This document shows, piece after piece, positions 26,561-39,374 of a DNA stretch of 64,000 bases. Positions within the stretch are counted from its first letter, which is position 1. The number at the start of each line of letters is the position of its first letter. The position numbers were made by a program, and so were the translations under genes. Location: assembly GCA_016748015.1 (NCBI GenBank), contig JAAOMT010000778.1, positions 128,945 through 192,944 of the forward strand, in the 5' to 3' direction. The DNA comes from Geosiphon pyriformis uo1 (Eukaryota > Fungi > Glomeromycota). The notes under the pieces were generated by a model. It searched no databases and was not told where the DNA came from. It worked only from the letters and a program-made list of their open reading frames with translations.

Positions 26561-28827
26561 GTGCACTTTCAAAGAGTGAGAATGCAAGCCAACCAGAAAA
26601 AAATCCCTTTTTTGCTTTTAACTTAACTGATAATAATCATAACATGGATGAATTAGCAATCAACACTTTTGAATCAACCAGAAAAAAGAAGAAAGCCAAG
26701 GTTGATTTCATTCTAGATCCTAACAAAGCCTCAACTTCCACTGCTGATAACAATGAGCCACCAAAAACCAAAGTTTTTAAGAACCCTCCAAAGTTAAAAT
26801 TCCCAAAAATTGTACAAAAATTTGGACCTTATTCTGTTGTCAAAGATCTCATAAAAACCCCAGCACACATTACCTTTGGCCAGTTAATGACCCATCTACA
26901 GTTCAGAAAAAATCTCTACAAATCTCTAATTCCCAAAAAGAAAACACCAAAGACCAATAAACACTCTTGTTAAGCTGGATTTACTGACAACAACAATGTC
27001 ACTCCTCTAATTTGCAAAGCACAAGTGGCTGGTTACTTCATTGACTTGATCCTAGACAGTGGATTATCTGTTAGTGTAATTGCCAAACACTTCCTTAAAG
27101 CAATTGGCAGAAAAATTGATGAGCCTTCCACTCGACCAATAACCAATATACATGGTGACAAGAAGAAAGATCTGGGCATTGCCAAAGCTATTTCTGTTCA
27201 CATCAATGGCATCAGTATAGAAACTGACATAAAAGTTTCTGAAGCTAAAGAATACACCATTATTGTTGGCAATAAGTGGCTCAAGAAAGCAAAAGCCTTA
27301 CTCGACTATGAACTTTGTAAGCTAATCATAAGATATGGTGAAAAATCCATTGTGGTTAAATATCACTATTGGACAACTCCTCCAGCAACCAAACAAAATC
27401 AAGAAGATGAGCAATCAGAGGAATCAGATAATGAAGAGAGTGATAAAAAAGATGAATAAGAAAAACAAGAAGAAACTGCTGAACTCACATATACCATTTT
27501 CACCAACAATGGCAGGCCACTAAACAATATTAAAGCTGATAGAAAGGGAATCATTATGAATGGCAAGCTGATCTGCTGGCCCTACTATGATATCTTTAGA
27601 AAAACCTTTGACCAAAAACCTGGCAAGAAAGCCAAGTATTATTATTGGTGATATGGTTCTTGTGCCCAGTGCTGGTGCAACCAACCCTTGTATTCTCCAA
27701 GTGATGAATGCAAATCATACCTGATCTATTACAAAGATTGGGAACCAATCAGTTTGATACCTAGAGAAGAATTGAAAGAATTCCAAAAATCCTTTGAAAA
27801 TGAACCACCTGAGATCCAATCACTAGTTGTAGAACAAAGAGAATCCTCTTCAGAAGAAAAAAAAATAAACATTGAAAATTTGCTGACTAGAAACAGCCCA
27901 ATTATCTCAAAAGAAGGTAATACTCCTGGATGATATTACTCATAGAAATATAGGGAATATATATTAGCATAGTTATTAGCCAATCAGAAGTAAACATAGT
28001 AAATGTGGAATTCCAGGATTCCTCGCAGGAATTGCAAGATTCCAGAAATTACAGGATTCTCATGAGGAATTGCAGGATTCCAGAATTCTAGGATTCCTCT
28101 CAAAAAGAATTACAGGATTTCTGTTATGAAGAATTGAGGAATTGAGGAATCTCAATTATGTATATATAGCAGTAATATTAGAAGCTGAAAAAAGCAGACT
28201 TCTCAGTTTAGATTTCATCTAGACAACCTTTCAAACACAATAAATAACTATTTGGTATCACAAACTTAATTCCACTATTAACACTCCATGTAGATAGTAA
28301 TTGATACTTAAACACATTGGAACAATAGCTCTTGATCATGGCTATTGATGAGATACTGACTTGCAAAATTACCTTGGCTTATTCATGATTTTCTTTTATT
28401 CTTTTCTTTATTTTATTTTATTTTGATTTTATTGTTGTGCACTAATTGGTTAAATAAAGTGCTAGATTACTGACATTAAAAATTGCCTGGTAAAAGACCT
28501 CTGTGAGAGGGTAGGACATGTACAGAAGATATGAAATACTTACCAGAGAATTGCTGGCCATCACGCCGAAAGAAGAATTGACAGAATTGCGATTCTGGGA
28601 AGCTATGAATAAAACAACTATTGAATCTCTGTCCATTATACAAAAAACTCAAACCAAAACCTTCAGATACAAAACCTTTAGATTAATAACATCAACGTGA
28701 ATAACTTTTAGCACCAAGTTACAGATTTGTTATTTGATTCAACACCCCAAATACTCATTCATAACATTTGGTGCTCCCTGTGAGGTATAATCCTACAGAG
28801 AACCCACATCAACAATTCCATCCAAAA

Positions 28828-31800
28828 ATGACAGAATCAGAAAACATCAGAGCAAACCATCTAGGATTTGTGAAATTTTTATTTCAATATTACTGTCAAC
28901 ATTTGGGATTAACCCATAATCACATATCAGCAGAATCAGCTTTTAATTTTTACGTCAACAAAAAAATTGCTTATCTGTTGGAAACATCCATGAATATTGA
29001 ATCAGCAAGAGAAACTTTTTACAATGAATTAATTCAAAACACCAGTCTACTCACAAATCATAATTTCACATCTATCATTACTAAGATCAACAAAGAAATT
29101 GAACACCACATACAGCAAAGATACCCAATTACTTACACAAGTAAAGGCAAAGAAAAACTACAAACACCAGCAGTAACACCTCAAAGGATACAACCACCCA
29201 CTTGGAAAAAAACTAGAGTTGAGTCCCCAAACAACCCATTCTACCACTATACTCCTGAAAGTGCCATCAATATATTATCAACAGACGCATCTACATCAAA
29301 TGCAACATCAACATTTAAATGTTTCTCATTTCAAAGTAAACAAAAGAAAGAGGATTTACTAGGACCATACAGCGAGTATTTTGAAAGATTTAAATCTCAA
29401 TCGCCAACGCCATCAGGATTTTGATCACCACCACCTTAACCAAATTTCGGAATTGTAAGTCCATAGAAAATTACTGAATTGAAAGAAGAACAAGAAGTAG
29501 AAGAAGAAGAAGAATCTGAGGATCACGAATTTACTTACTAAAACCCGATTCTAGAAAACCCAGAAAGTGAAACTTCAAACTTTTAAATCCAGCCAAATTT
29601 AAACAATCAAGAAAATGACACTCCGAATATTCAAACACCACCAAATCAGAATAATCCAAACTCCAAAGTAATTAATCAATACTTACCTCTAGTTATTATC
29701 ATCGATCAACCACCTGTTGAACCAATTGGCCAGCCCATCCAACTACAGAACTAGCAAAATCAACAACCACCACCAGTACTGCCTCAACAACAATAACAAC
29801 TTTCACTACTACAGCAACAACAAATGGCTTATGCATCCATCACAAAACTCAACAAATTCAATGGTAAAGAAGACAATGCCCAAGTCTGGTTAAATGACGT
29901 AGCCAAAGCCATTACAGCCAATAATTGGGATGATGCTAGAGCGATGCAAGCAATCCCTTATTTTCTTCAGAATACTGCTGATGCATGATATCAAAGTCTT
30001 GCTGTCAAACCCCAAAATTTTAATGGATTCAAAACTGAATTCTTGTGGTACTTTAGCAACAATAATAGTATCAACAAATTAACCAACACCTTTACAATGA
30101 TCAGACAAGAAGACACTGAAGTAGTCACTACCTACTTGGGATGCTTCCATAGAAATCTATGCCAAATATAAGCCATCCAAGCCAACTATTTCACAGCACC
30201 ACAGATTTTAAATCAATTTATTAGAGAATTGCATAGTAGCATCCTACAACAAGTACGTCCAATGCATCCAGTGGACCTTCCAATCACAGTTACATATGCC
30301 AGAGATTTTGAAGCAGCTGAATTAGAAGCTAATTACGCTCAAGCTGTAAATCTAGCAATGAATAGATCATCTGAATTGGATTCCAAATTGAAGCAATTCA
30401 GTGATTCAATTAATCAGAAATTAGAGGAATACTTAGCTGACAATCGCATAATTTATCAATCTCCTCAATAGTGTAATAATCAGGGAAATGTGAATTGTTT
30501 CCAAAATTAGTCACGTCTATCATTGTCATCCAATCAGTCATGGCAGCCAGAGATGTGCATCTGCCACAACTGTGGTAAACAAAGGCACATTAAAGCCAAC
30601 TGCCATACTTATAGCAATTCACGATTGGGAAATCAATATAGAAACTCTGATTGCCGGTTCTAGATTCTGAACTATCACCCGAATCAAGACCAATACCAAC
30701 CCACTTACCTGCTTATGACACACCAACCAATTTATTAACTGCCAGTTTATCAACTACAGTTACAAGCAATTTATCAGGTGCAGCCACAAGTAATATATCA
30801 ACCACAGCCACCAGCAATCTATCAAACACCCACCATTTAAACACTACCAGCAAACCCAGCTCAAATGACATTAGGAAACCCAAGATTGAGGATTACCCAA
30901 AACTGGAAATTGGCAATAGTTGTACATCAACCAATCCCCAGCTCTTTTCACCAACAATCAGGATCTCATCAGTGGAATTTGGGCACCAGTCCCACCCAAA
31001 ACCCGAATTCTCAACACTATTTAAGCCTCCTGGTAACTCCAGAAGATGTCACATCCAGCAATCCGGAAATTAAACAACAACAACTACCTACCAATAATAT
31101 TCTATCTGCTACAATCACCAAAAATAAATCTTTAGATGCCATCTTTCCATTCGAACTCGAAGAATTGTCAAATGTGCTATTATTTAGTGAAGCTGTACTT
31201 GAAGAGAAACTGATCACTACCATGTATACTGATGCCAAGATTGATGGCCACTTCATCAAATTAATTCTTAACAGTGGTTCAGCAGGCAGCATCATCACAT
31301 GACAACTCATGAATCAATTAGATTGTCAAGTTGATCATGCTACCAGTGCTAGGATTATCACCATGAATAGAGCCACCAAAACCCCAATTGGCAAAATCAA
31401 TGACTTCCCAATTGAAGTCAATGGCATCATAGTATCCATCAAAGTTCTAGTGATGGAAGCCACCTAATATTAAGCTTTAGTTGGTAATGACTGGCTATCC
31501 AAAACCAATTTTATGCTCAATTGGATGACTCAAGAACTAGTACTCAGCCAGAATGATCAACACACACGAGTCCCAGCAATGTGTGGCCATTTCAAACCCA
31601 GCAATGTCAAGACAACAACACTGTTTATTGAATTTGAGGAGGAAGAAAACAAACCAATGTGGAAAGCATATCAAGTATCATGGGCTAATGTTAATTACAA
31701 CAAACTGCTGCCAATACTTTCCTGGGACAACAACAACAATGGAAAAAAAAAACAAAGAGCAAAACTTATCTGGGAAACAGATAACCTGACTTGAACTGAT

Positions 31801-34800
31801 AATGATGAACCGACATTGAGCTGGGAATGAGAAGAAAACAAAGAAAGCAATAAAGGGAAGAAAAAAGAGAAGGAAGAAAAAACAACACTTACCAACACTA
31901 CTGCTCATAACTTATACACCTATTCATCACTACCAACTAATTATTATTGACCAAAGCTGATATGTGTTAATTGTGGCAAGAAATTGTTGTCAATAGATGC
32001 ATACTATGATGATGATGAGGAATATTTAATGGCCACCAGATTCTACTGCCACACATGCATCATAGAGTGCTTTGGATGACCGAAACAATGAGGAAAGTGG
32101 GACAATCAACTATGTCTTGCATGTGGAACTATCTTACTTGACGAAGGAATGTGGAATAACATTCCTGAGTGGGGAGGAACATGTGACGAGACATGCCAAT
32201 ACACCATCTTGATAAATGACTAGATATGCAAGGGAACACCAATCAACAACACATGGAAAAAAGCACTACAATAATTGGAAGGGTACTTACATGATGAACA
32301 TGAACTCTGGAGAATGACAAATGTGAAGGCAGAAGGTGTGACAACCAGTGAACTACTAGAAATCAAAAACAACCCCCTATCTCTGTTTGAACCTGAATAC
32401 ATCCTAACATTTGACATATTCGGCAACATTAAGGATGATTTGAAAGAATTCTACGAGCCCTATTAACGGTTGACACCTACTTGAGAAGAACAAGAGCAAT
32501 GGTTGGAAGAAATAAACACTTGACTATGTAACTACTGTTTAATTTCATATGACTTCCAATATTGTAATGAGTGTGACCTCATTTACAATCTGTCACCACA
32601 CATAATTTACACAATCCCAGAGGAAGAGGAATTAATCAGCAGCTGTGCATCAGAATCAGAATTGATTTTTAATCCTGATTCAAACTCCAACAATAATGAT
32701 GACGAAAACACCAGTTTCAGTTCCATCCAATATGGTGATAACAATGACAATGATTCCAACTCAGATTTAAACCCCAATTCAGACTATGAACAATATATTG
32801 CACTCTCTGATCTCACCAAGAAACAGGAACTTAAATGGTTTAGTGATAATAATAAAGGTATTATGCCAGATTTGATCTGAGGTATTTAGGAAAAGAGGCC
32901 ATTCAATTGGAACCACATTCACACACCTGCATTGATTTGAAAATAGCACTGGAAATTCCAGCAACAACAATGGTTCAATTAACATCTAGGAATAGTCTAG
33001 CAAAAAGAGGGATAAATATAAGAGGAGGAATAATTGACACAGGATATGTAAGAAATATCATCGCCATGCTACAAAACGACTCAGAAAAGGCCTATATCAT
33101 AGAGCCAAATGAAAAAATAACACAAGCAATCTTCCTGTCTTTGGTTAAAATAGCTCAATTAGTATCTGTAGAAAACAGAAAAGAACTAGAGATAACAGCA
33201 AGAGAGATACAGAGATTTGGATCCATGAGTAGAATAGACATACTAGTCAATATGACAAAGGAAGAAATTATTGGCCAAGGAGAAATTATTTCAACAGGTC
33301 AAGCAATTTCCATTCCACCATATGACCAGTACATATTAGCAATAGAAAGAAAGGTAAAAGATCAGGCACAAATTTTTGAAGTAGAAACAAGCTTTTGTGA
33401 AACAGAAGAAGTTGGACTTATCAATATACACATACCAGCCAAGAACCACAACCATATCAAAATTCCCATTTACAACAATACAGGAAATGTTGTAGAGATA
33501 CCAAAAGAAACCACTCTCAGATATTTGACCACTAAAATTGAAGATCAACCACCAAGCATCATTCCAGACTTTTCACAATTGTGTGGATATGTGAATATTA
33601 TATTACAAACAATCTATGGACGGAATGAATGTTATTTGTTACAATCAGAGCAGCTAGAGCAAATGAACATAGAAAATCTAGATCCACTTCAACAGATGCA
33701 ACTAAAGATGTTACTTAACAATTTTAATGACATCTTTGCCAGCAAAAACAAATTTGGCAGAACTGATATTATCCAACACCAGATCAAAACTGGAGATGCA
33801 ATCCCAATCAAACAAAGAGCATACAGAATAGCACCAGCAAGCCATGAGATCATCTGTCAAGAGATTAATCAAATGCTTAACAATAGACTAATCCAATCAT
33901 TAATGAGCTCATGGTTGTTACCAGTAGTACTTATCTGAAAGAAGAATGGAAAGATCAAATTTTGTGTAGACTACAGAAAACTCAATAGAGTCATTTATGG
34001 AGACAATTATCCAACTTCACAGATCCAAGAGTTATTCAATGCTTTTGAAGGAAACAAATGGTTTTCAACATTGGACTTGTATAGTGGTTACTGACAAGTA
34101 GCCATGGATCTAGCTGACAAAGAAAAAATAACACTCACTATAAGAGAGAGAAACTTTGAATTTGAAATAATACCATTTGGCTTAACCAATGCCCCAGCAA
34201 CCTTCCAATGGCTAATGGAAATTGTGTATACTGGCTTATTGTGGAAATCAGTAGTTGTATACTTGGACAACACCAATGTATTCTCAAGAACATTTGATAA
34301 TCATCTCCATCATCTTTAACAAATATTCAAAAGACTGCGATGAGCAGGGTTAAAGCTAAATACACCAAGTGCTTTTTTGGCAAAACAAAACTGAAGTTTC
34401 TGAGACATATAATCAGCAAAGACGGTATCAAGACAAACCCAGACAAGATAGAAATAGTAAAAAACTTTCCAGTGCCAACCAATGGGATTGAACTAAAATC
34501 ATTCTTGGAATTTACAAGCTATTATCATTGCTTCATCAAAAACTTTTCTAAAATAGCTTAGCCACTTAACCATCTACAAACTAAGAACGTGAAATATAAA
34601 TGGATGGAAATGCAACAAAAAGCTTTTGACATTTTAAGAGGAAAGCTCATTCAAGCATCAGTATTGATCTATTCAAATCACAACAAACCATTTATCATTA
34701 CTACTGATGCATTAGGTCAAGCATTGGGAGCAGTACTATCTCAGAAAGGACTGGATGAAAGAGAACATCCAGTAGCATTTGCCAGCTGAAGCTTAACACC

Positions 34801-36440
34801 AGCCAAAAAAAACTATGGAACACCAGAACAAAAACACTTAGCGATATACTGGGCAGTCATGGAATGGAAAGAATACTTGAGCCAGAAGTTTGAAATGTAC
34901 ACAGATCACAAAAGATTAACATTATTCCAAAAACAAGAATTTGGAGATAGAAGACAGTCAAGATAGAAAATGGCACTTGCACTATATAATTATACTATAC
35001 ATTATAAAAAGGGAAAAAACAATGGAAATGCTGATGGTTTGTTACAAATAAGACAAATCTAAACATTCCAATTCAAAAAATATAACAAAACCAAACTACA
35101 TCCAACAACAACATAATAAAAGATAAACTCACAAAAATATTAACAACTCAAGCATTATATAAATACTCAACAGTTCAAGGAGAAATTATCTTAAACAGAA
35201 CAAAATAGTATCAAACAACAATCAAAATATTTTATCATCTACCAGAATATATTTTATTGGAAGAATAGAAAAGATTCAGATCAACCAACCAGAGTAATTA
35301 CAGAACTGAAAAAAGAAACAATATTATTCAACATGCATTCAAATCCAACAGCAGAACATTTTCATAAAGAGGCAACCAGGGAAAGAACCAGAAAGAGATA
35401 CTATTGGCCATCAATGTATCCAGATATCATCTAATATGTGCAAAATTGTGATGCTTGTCAAAGAAGAGGAGGAACAAGACCCAGTGAACCATTGAGACCA
35501 ATCAAAGTGGGACAACTATTTGACCGTATTGGAATCGATTTAGTCAGACCATTGACAATTACCAGCAGAGGCAACAGATATATTGCAGTAGTCATAGACT
35601 ATCTTACTAAATAACCAGAAGCCAAAGCAATTCAAAGAGTGAATGCAGAATCTGTTGCCAAATTCATCTATCAAGATTTGATTTGTTAACATAGATGTTC
35701 AAAAGAACTATTATTAGACTAAGAAACCCATTTTGTGAATAGAACATTAGCAGAACTAAGCCAAAAATTTGGAATTAAAAGACCACTATCATCACCATAC
35801 CATCCACAAACCAATGGATTAGTTAAAAGATTTAATAGAATATTGTGTAAAGCAATAGCAAAACTCAGCCAAAAAAACCAGGACGAATGAGACTTGTTCA
35901 TACCATCAGTATTATTTGCTTATTGGACAATGAAGCAAGACACCACACAAGCAACACCATTTGAATTAATATACGGTAGAACAGCAATATTACCAGTTGA
36001 GATAGAGATTAACATATATCCAACTGAACCAATAACAGAAAAGAATTTTCAAGAGACATTGTTAAGAAGAACATATGACTTAATAGAAACATTAGAAAAC
36101 AAATGAAGAAGAGCAGCTGATAACATACAAAAGTCACAAGAGAAACAGAAAGAAAAACATGATAATCAACTACCAAACAAACCAGTTGAATTTAAGATTG
36201 AAAACAAAGTACTCTTATATTATACCAAAGCAGAAAAACAATGAAGTGAAAAATTTGACCCCAAATGAGATGAACCATTTCACATAAAAGAAATTCTAAA
36301 GAATAGAGCTTACAAATTAAGACTGGATAACAAAATCTTAACCAAAGCAGCACATGGAGATTGACTGAAACTATATCACAACATCACATCACTATCCACC
36401 AGTAATATTCCACAATTAGAAGTACAGAAGATACTAATCT
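28828..36440 (+). pseudogene. Family B gag-pol: gag, CCHC, PR, Cys-rich domain, dUTPase, RT, RNase H, integrase
   Basis: KFNGKEDNAQVWLNDVAKAITANNW; CHNCGKQRHIKANC; LILNSGSAGS; PFGLTNAPATFQ, VYLDN; TTDALGQALGAVLSQ; HHCC zinc finger, GIDLV.PL and YHPQTNGLV. Gag through the Cys domain is one frame. Confidence 0.92.
32865..33235 (+). pseudogene. dUTPase domain inside family B pol
   Basis: All five trimeric-dUTPase motifs are recognisable: ARFDL, SRNSLAKRGI, GIIDTGY, KITQAIF and REIQRFGS. Confidence 0.9.
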
Positions 36441-36558
36441 AACCAGAGGAGATTCCACGAGATCTGGAACCAATTATCATTATTAACAACAACACATTAA
36501 TTAATCCATCAAAAGAATATATAAAGACATAGTAGATGCAACAAGAAATATCAGAAAA

Positions 36559-37188
36559 ATGGAAATTACAGACAACATCCACTCACTAGCACAACAACTC
36601 TTTCAATTAATTCAACACCAAGAGATAAAAATTACAATTAATCAACAAACCATCTGATATCAAGACACTAGAAAGACATTACCACATAGAACACAGAAGA
36701 AAACAGAAAATACTGTTGACAAAATCATGGCGAAAGTAAAATTAGCAATAAAAGAGTCAACAAAAGAGTCACTATATCAAAAGTTGACTAAAAAAACTTG
36801 GAATTGGTGAATACAACAATTTCCAAGAAATTATTGTTATTTTTACTTGGGACAACATGTGAATATCCAGAATCTATATACAGATAAAACAAAGCAATTA
36901 TTTGACACCAGAATACTACAACAATTAGAACATTTTGTGGAAAAGAACAACTTATTCACACAGACCTGAGCCATATACCAAATACACACAGCATTTCAGG
37001 ATTGACCAGAAATCTTATTTAACAAAGCAATGAACACGGTTACAAGTAATCAATTAGGAAAGATCACCAATGCTCAATTTGAAGAATTACAGACTCAAAT
37101 AACACAAGTAATTCTCGAAAATGAAATTCAGGAAATACTTCAAGAAAGAGAATTAACAGAGTTAGATTTCAACAGAGCTCAATATTAA
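36559..37188 (+). pseudogene. Family B ORF3 (unknown protein, env position)
   Basis: One frame from ATG 36559 to TAA 37188, ending at the PPT; a few internal stops; no hydrophobic TM segment. Confidence 0.65.
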
Positions 37189-39374
37189 AAGGAGGGAATA
37201 ATGTTACTTATAGAAATATAGAGAATATATATTAGCATAGTTATTAGCCAATCAAAAGTAAATGTAGTAAATGTGGAATTTCAAGATTCCTTTCAGGAAT
37301 TACAGGATTCCAGGAATTACAGGATTCTCATAAAAAATTGCAGGATTTCAGAATTCCAGGATTTCTCTCAAAAAAAATTGCAGGATTCCAGGAATTCCAG
37401 AATTCCTGTTGTGAAGAATTGAGGAATTGAGGAATCTCAATTATGTATATATAACAATAGTATTAGAAGCTGGAAAAGGCAGACCTCTCAGTTTAGATTT
37501 CATCTAGACAACCTTCCAAACACAATAAATAACTATTTGGTATCTCAAACCTAATTCCACTATCAACACTCCATATTAATAGTAATTGATACTTAAACAT
37601 ACTAGAACAATAGCTCTTGATTATGGCTATTGATAAGATACTGACTTGCAAAATCACCTTGGCTTATTCATGATTTTCTTTTATTGTTGTGCACTAATTG
37701 GTTAAATAAAGCACTAGATTACTAACATCAAAAATTGCCTGGTAAAAGATCTCTGCGAGAGGATAGGACATGTACAAAAAATACAGAATACTTACCAGAG
37801 GATTGCTGGCCATTATGCCGAGAGAAGAATTGACAGAATTGCAATTCTGAGAAACTATGGATAAAACAACTATTGAATCTCTGTCCATTATACAAAGAAT
37901 TTAAACCGAAACCTTCAGATACAAAACCTTCAGATTAATAACATCAATGTGAATAACTTTTAGCACCAAGTTATGGGTTTGTTATTTGATTTAACACCTC
38001 AAATACTCACTCATAACAATGAATTCATGTGATACAACACACCATCACCACCAGAAAAACTTGCTTCATCCATCTAAAACTATATCAATCCAATCACTAC
38101 AATAATGAATTCATCAAGAAAAAAATAAAACGAATGAAAGATCTTGGATTCATACAAAAAACCAAGAGTGAATAGGCTTTTCCAGTTGTAGTGGTATCCA
38201 AGAAAGATGAAACCCTGCACTTCTGTGTTGATTATTGCCAATTAAATGCCATTACTAAAAGAAACATGTACTCATTTCCCAAAATTGATGCAATGCTAGA
38301 TCAATTCAAGAGTGCTGCTTTCTTCTCAACCATTGATCTAATTGCTGGATTTTGGCAAGTAGAGATGAATCCAGAAAGTTGGAAGAAAACCACCTTCATA
38401 ACCAAGTATGGCACCTATAAATTCACAGTTATGCTTTTTGGTTTCATCAATGCTCCTCCCACTTTTCAATGCTTAATGGACAAAGTATTTGAATTAGTGA
38501 AAAAAAATTTTGTTCTGGTTTATTTGGATAACATAATAATGTACTCAAAAATCTGGGATGAACATCTTGAACATTTGCAAAAAGTTTTTGACCTCCTTAG
38601 AAATGCTGGCCTTAAAATAAACTCAATCAAATCTTTCTTTAGACAGCAATCAACCCAATTTCTTGGTCATCTTATTACAAAGAATGGAATTTTTCCTGAC
38701 CCAGCCAAGGTTGAAAAAGTCCAGAACATTAGACAACCAATGAATGTTCATGAACTGCACTCTTTCTTTGGTTTGGTTTCTTATTATCAGAAATTTGTTA
38801 AGAATTTTTCCAAAATCACCTCTCCACTCAATCAGCTACTTAGAAAAAATGTCAATTACCACTGGGGTACACATCAGCAGAAAGCATTTGAAACCCTCAA
38901 AGAAAAATTGGTTACAAAACTTATTCTCAAGCAACCTAATCTGAATCAACTTTTTATCCTTCATACTAATGTATCTGGTTATGAACTTGGTGCTGTCCTG
39001 TCACAAAAAGATGAAGATGGCAGAGAATATGCAATAGCATATGTCAGTAGAACTTTTACACCAGCAGAACAGAACTATTCAGTTACTAAGCAGAAATGCT
39101 TAGCAGTAGTCTGGACTATTAGTTACTGAGATAAGTATCTCCTGGGGGTAAAGTTTTTGGTGGTAACAGATCACCAAGCTTTGGTTTGGTTATGCAACAA
39201 AAAGAAGCTGGAACATAAAAGAATAACTTGCTGGATACTCCACTTGGACAAATTTGACTATGACATTCAACATCATCAAAACGCCGATGCTCTTTTTAGA
39301 CTTACCATCTAGTGACAGTACAACTACCTCAAACCAAATCAACCTAATTATTAGTAATTCTCTCACAACCAAAC

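Larger units (their letters stand above)
27934..38018 (+). mobile_element. Full-length Ty3/gypsy element, family B, dUTPase-containing, nested in A1
   Basis: LTRs 27934-28766 and 37202-38018; PBS TGGTGCTCCCTGTGAGG at 28769-28785; PPT AAAAGGAGGGAATAA; perfect TSD ATGA/ATGA. Removing the element restores the A1 pol frame. Confidence 0.96.
26548..39315 (+). pseudogene. Family A pol (PR-RT-RNase H), pieces 26548-27933 and 38023-39315
   Basis: Protease LILDSG; RT FCVDY..LN, IDLIAGFWQV, FGFINAPPTFQ, VYLDN; RNase H LHTNVSGYELGAVLSQ, NADAL. Confidence 0.92.

Noticed and set aside
38515-38540. YLDN instead of YLDD in all three gypsy RT copies as a novel catalytic variant
   Set aside because: GAY>AAY is the G>A change seen throughout these elements, so it is best explained by hypermutation.
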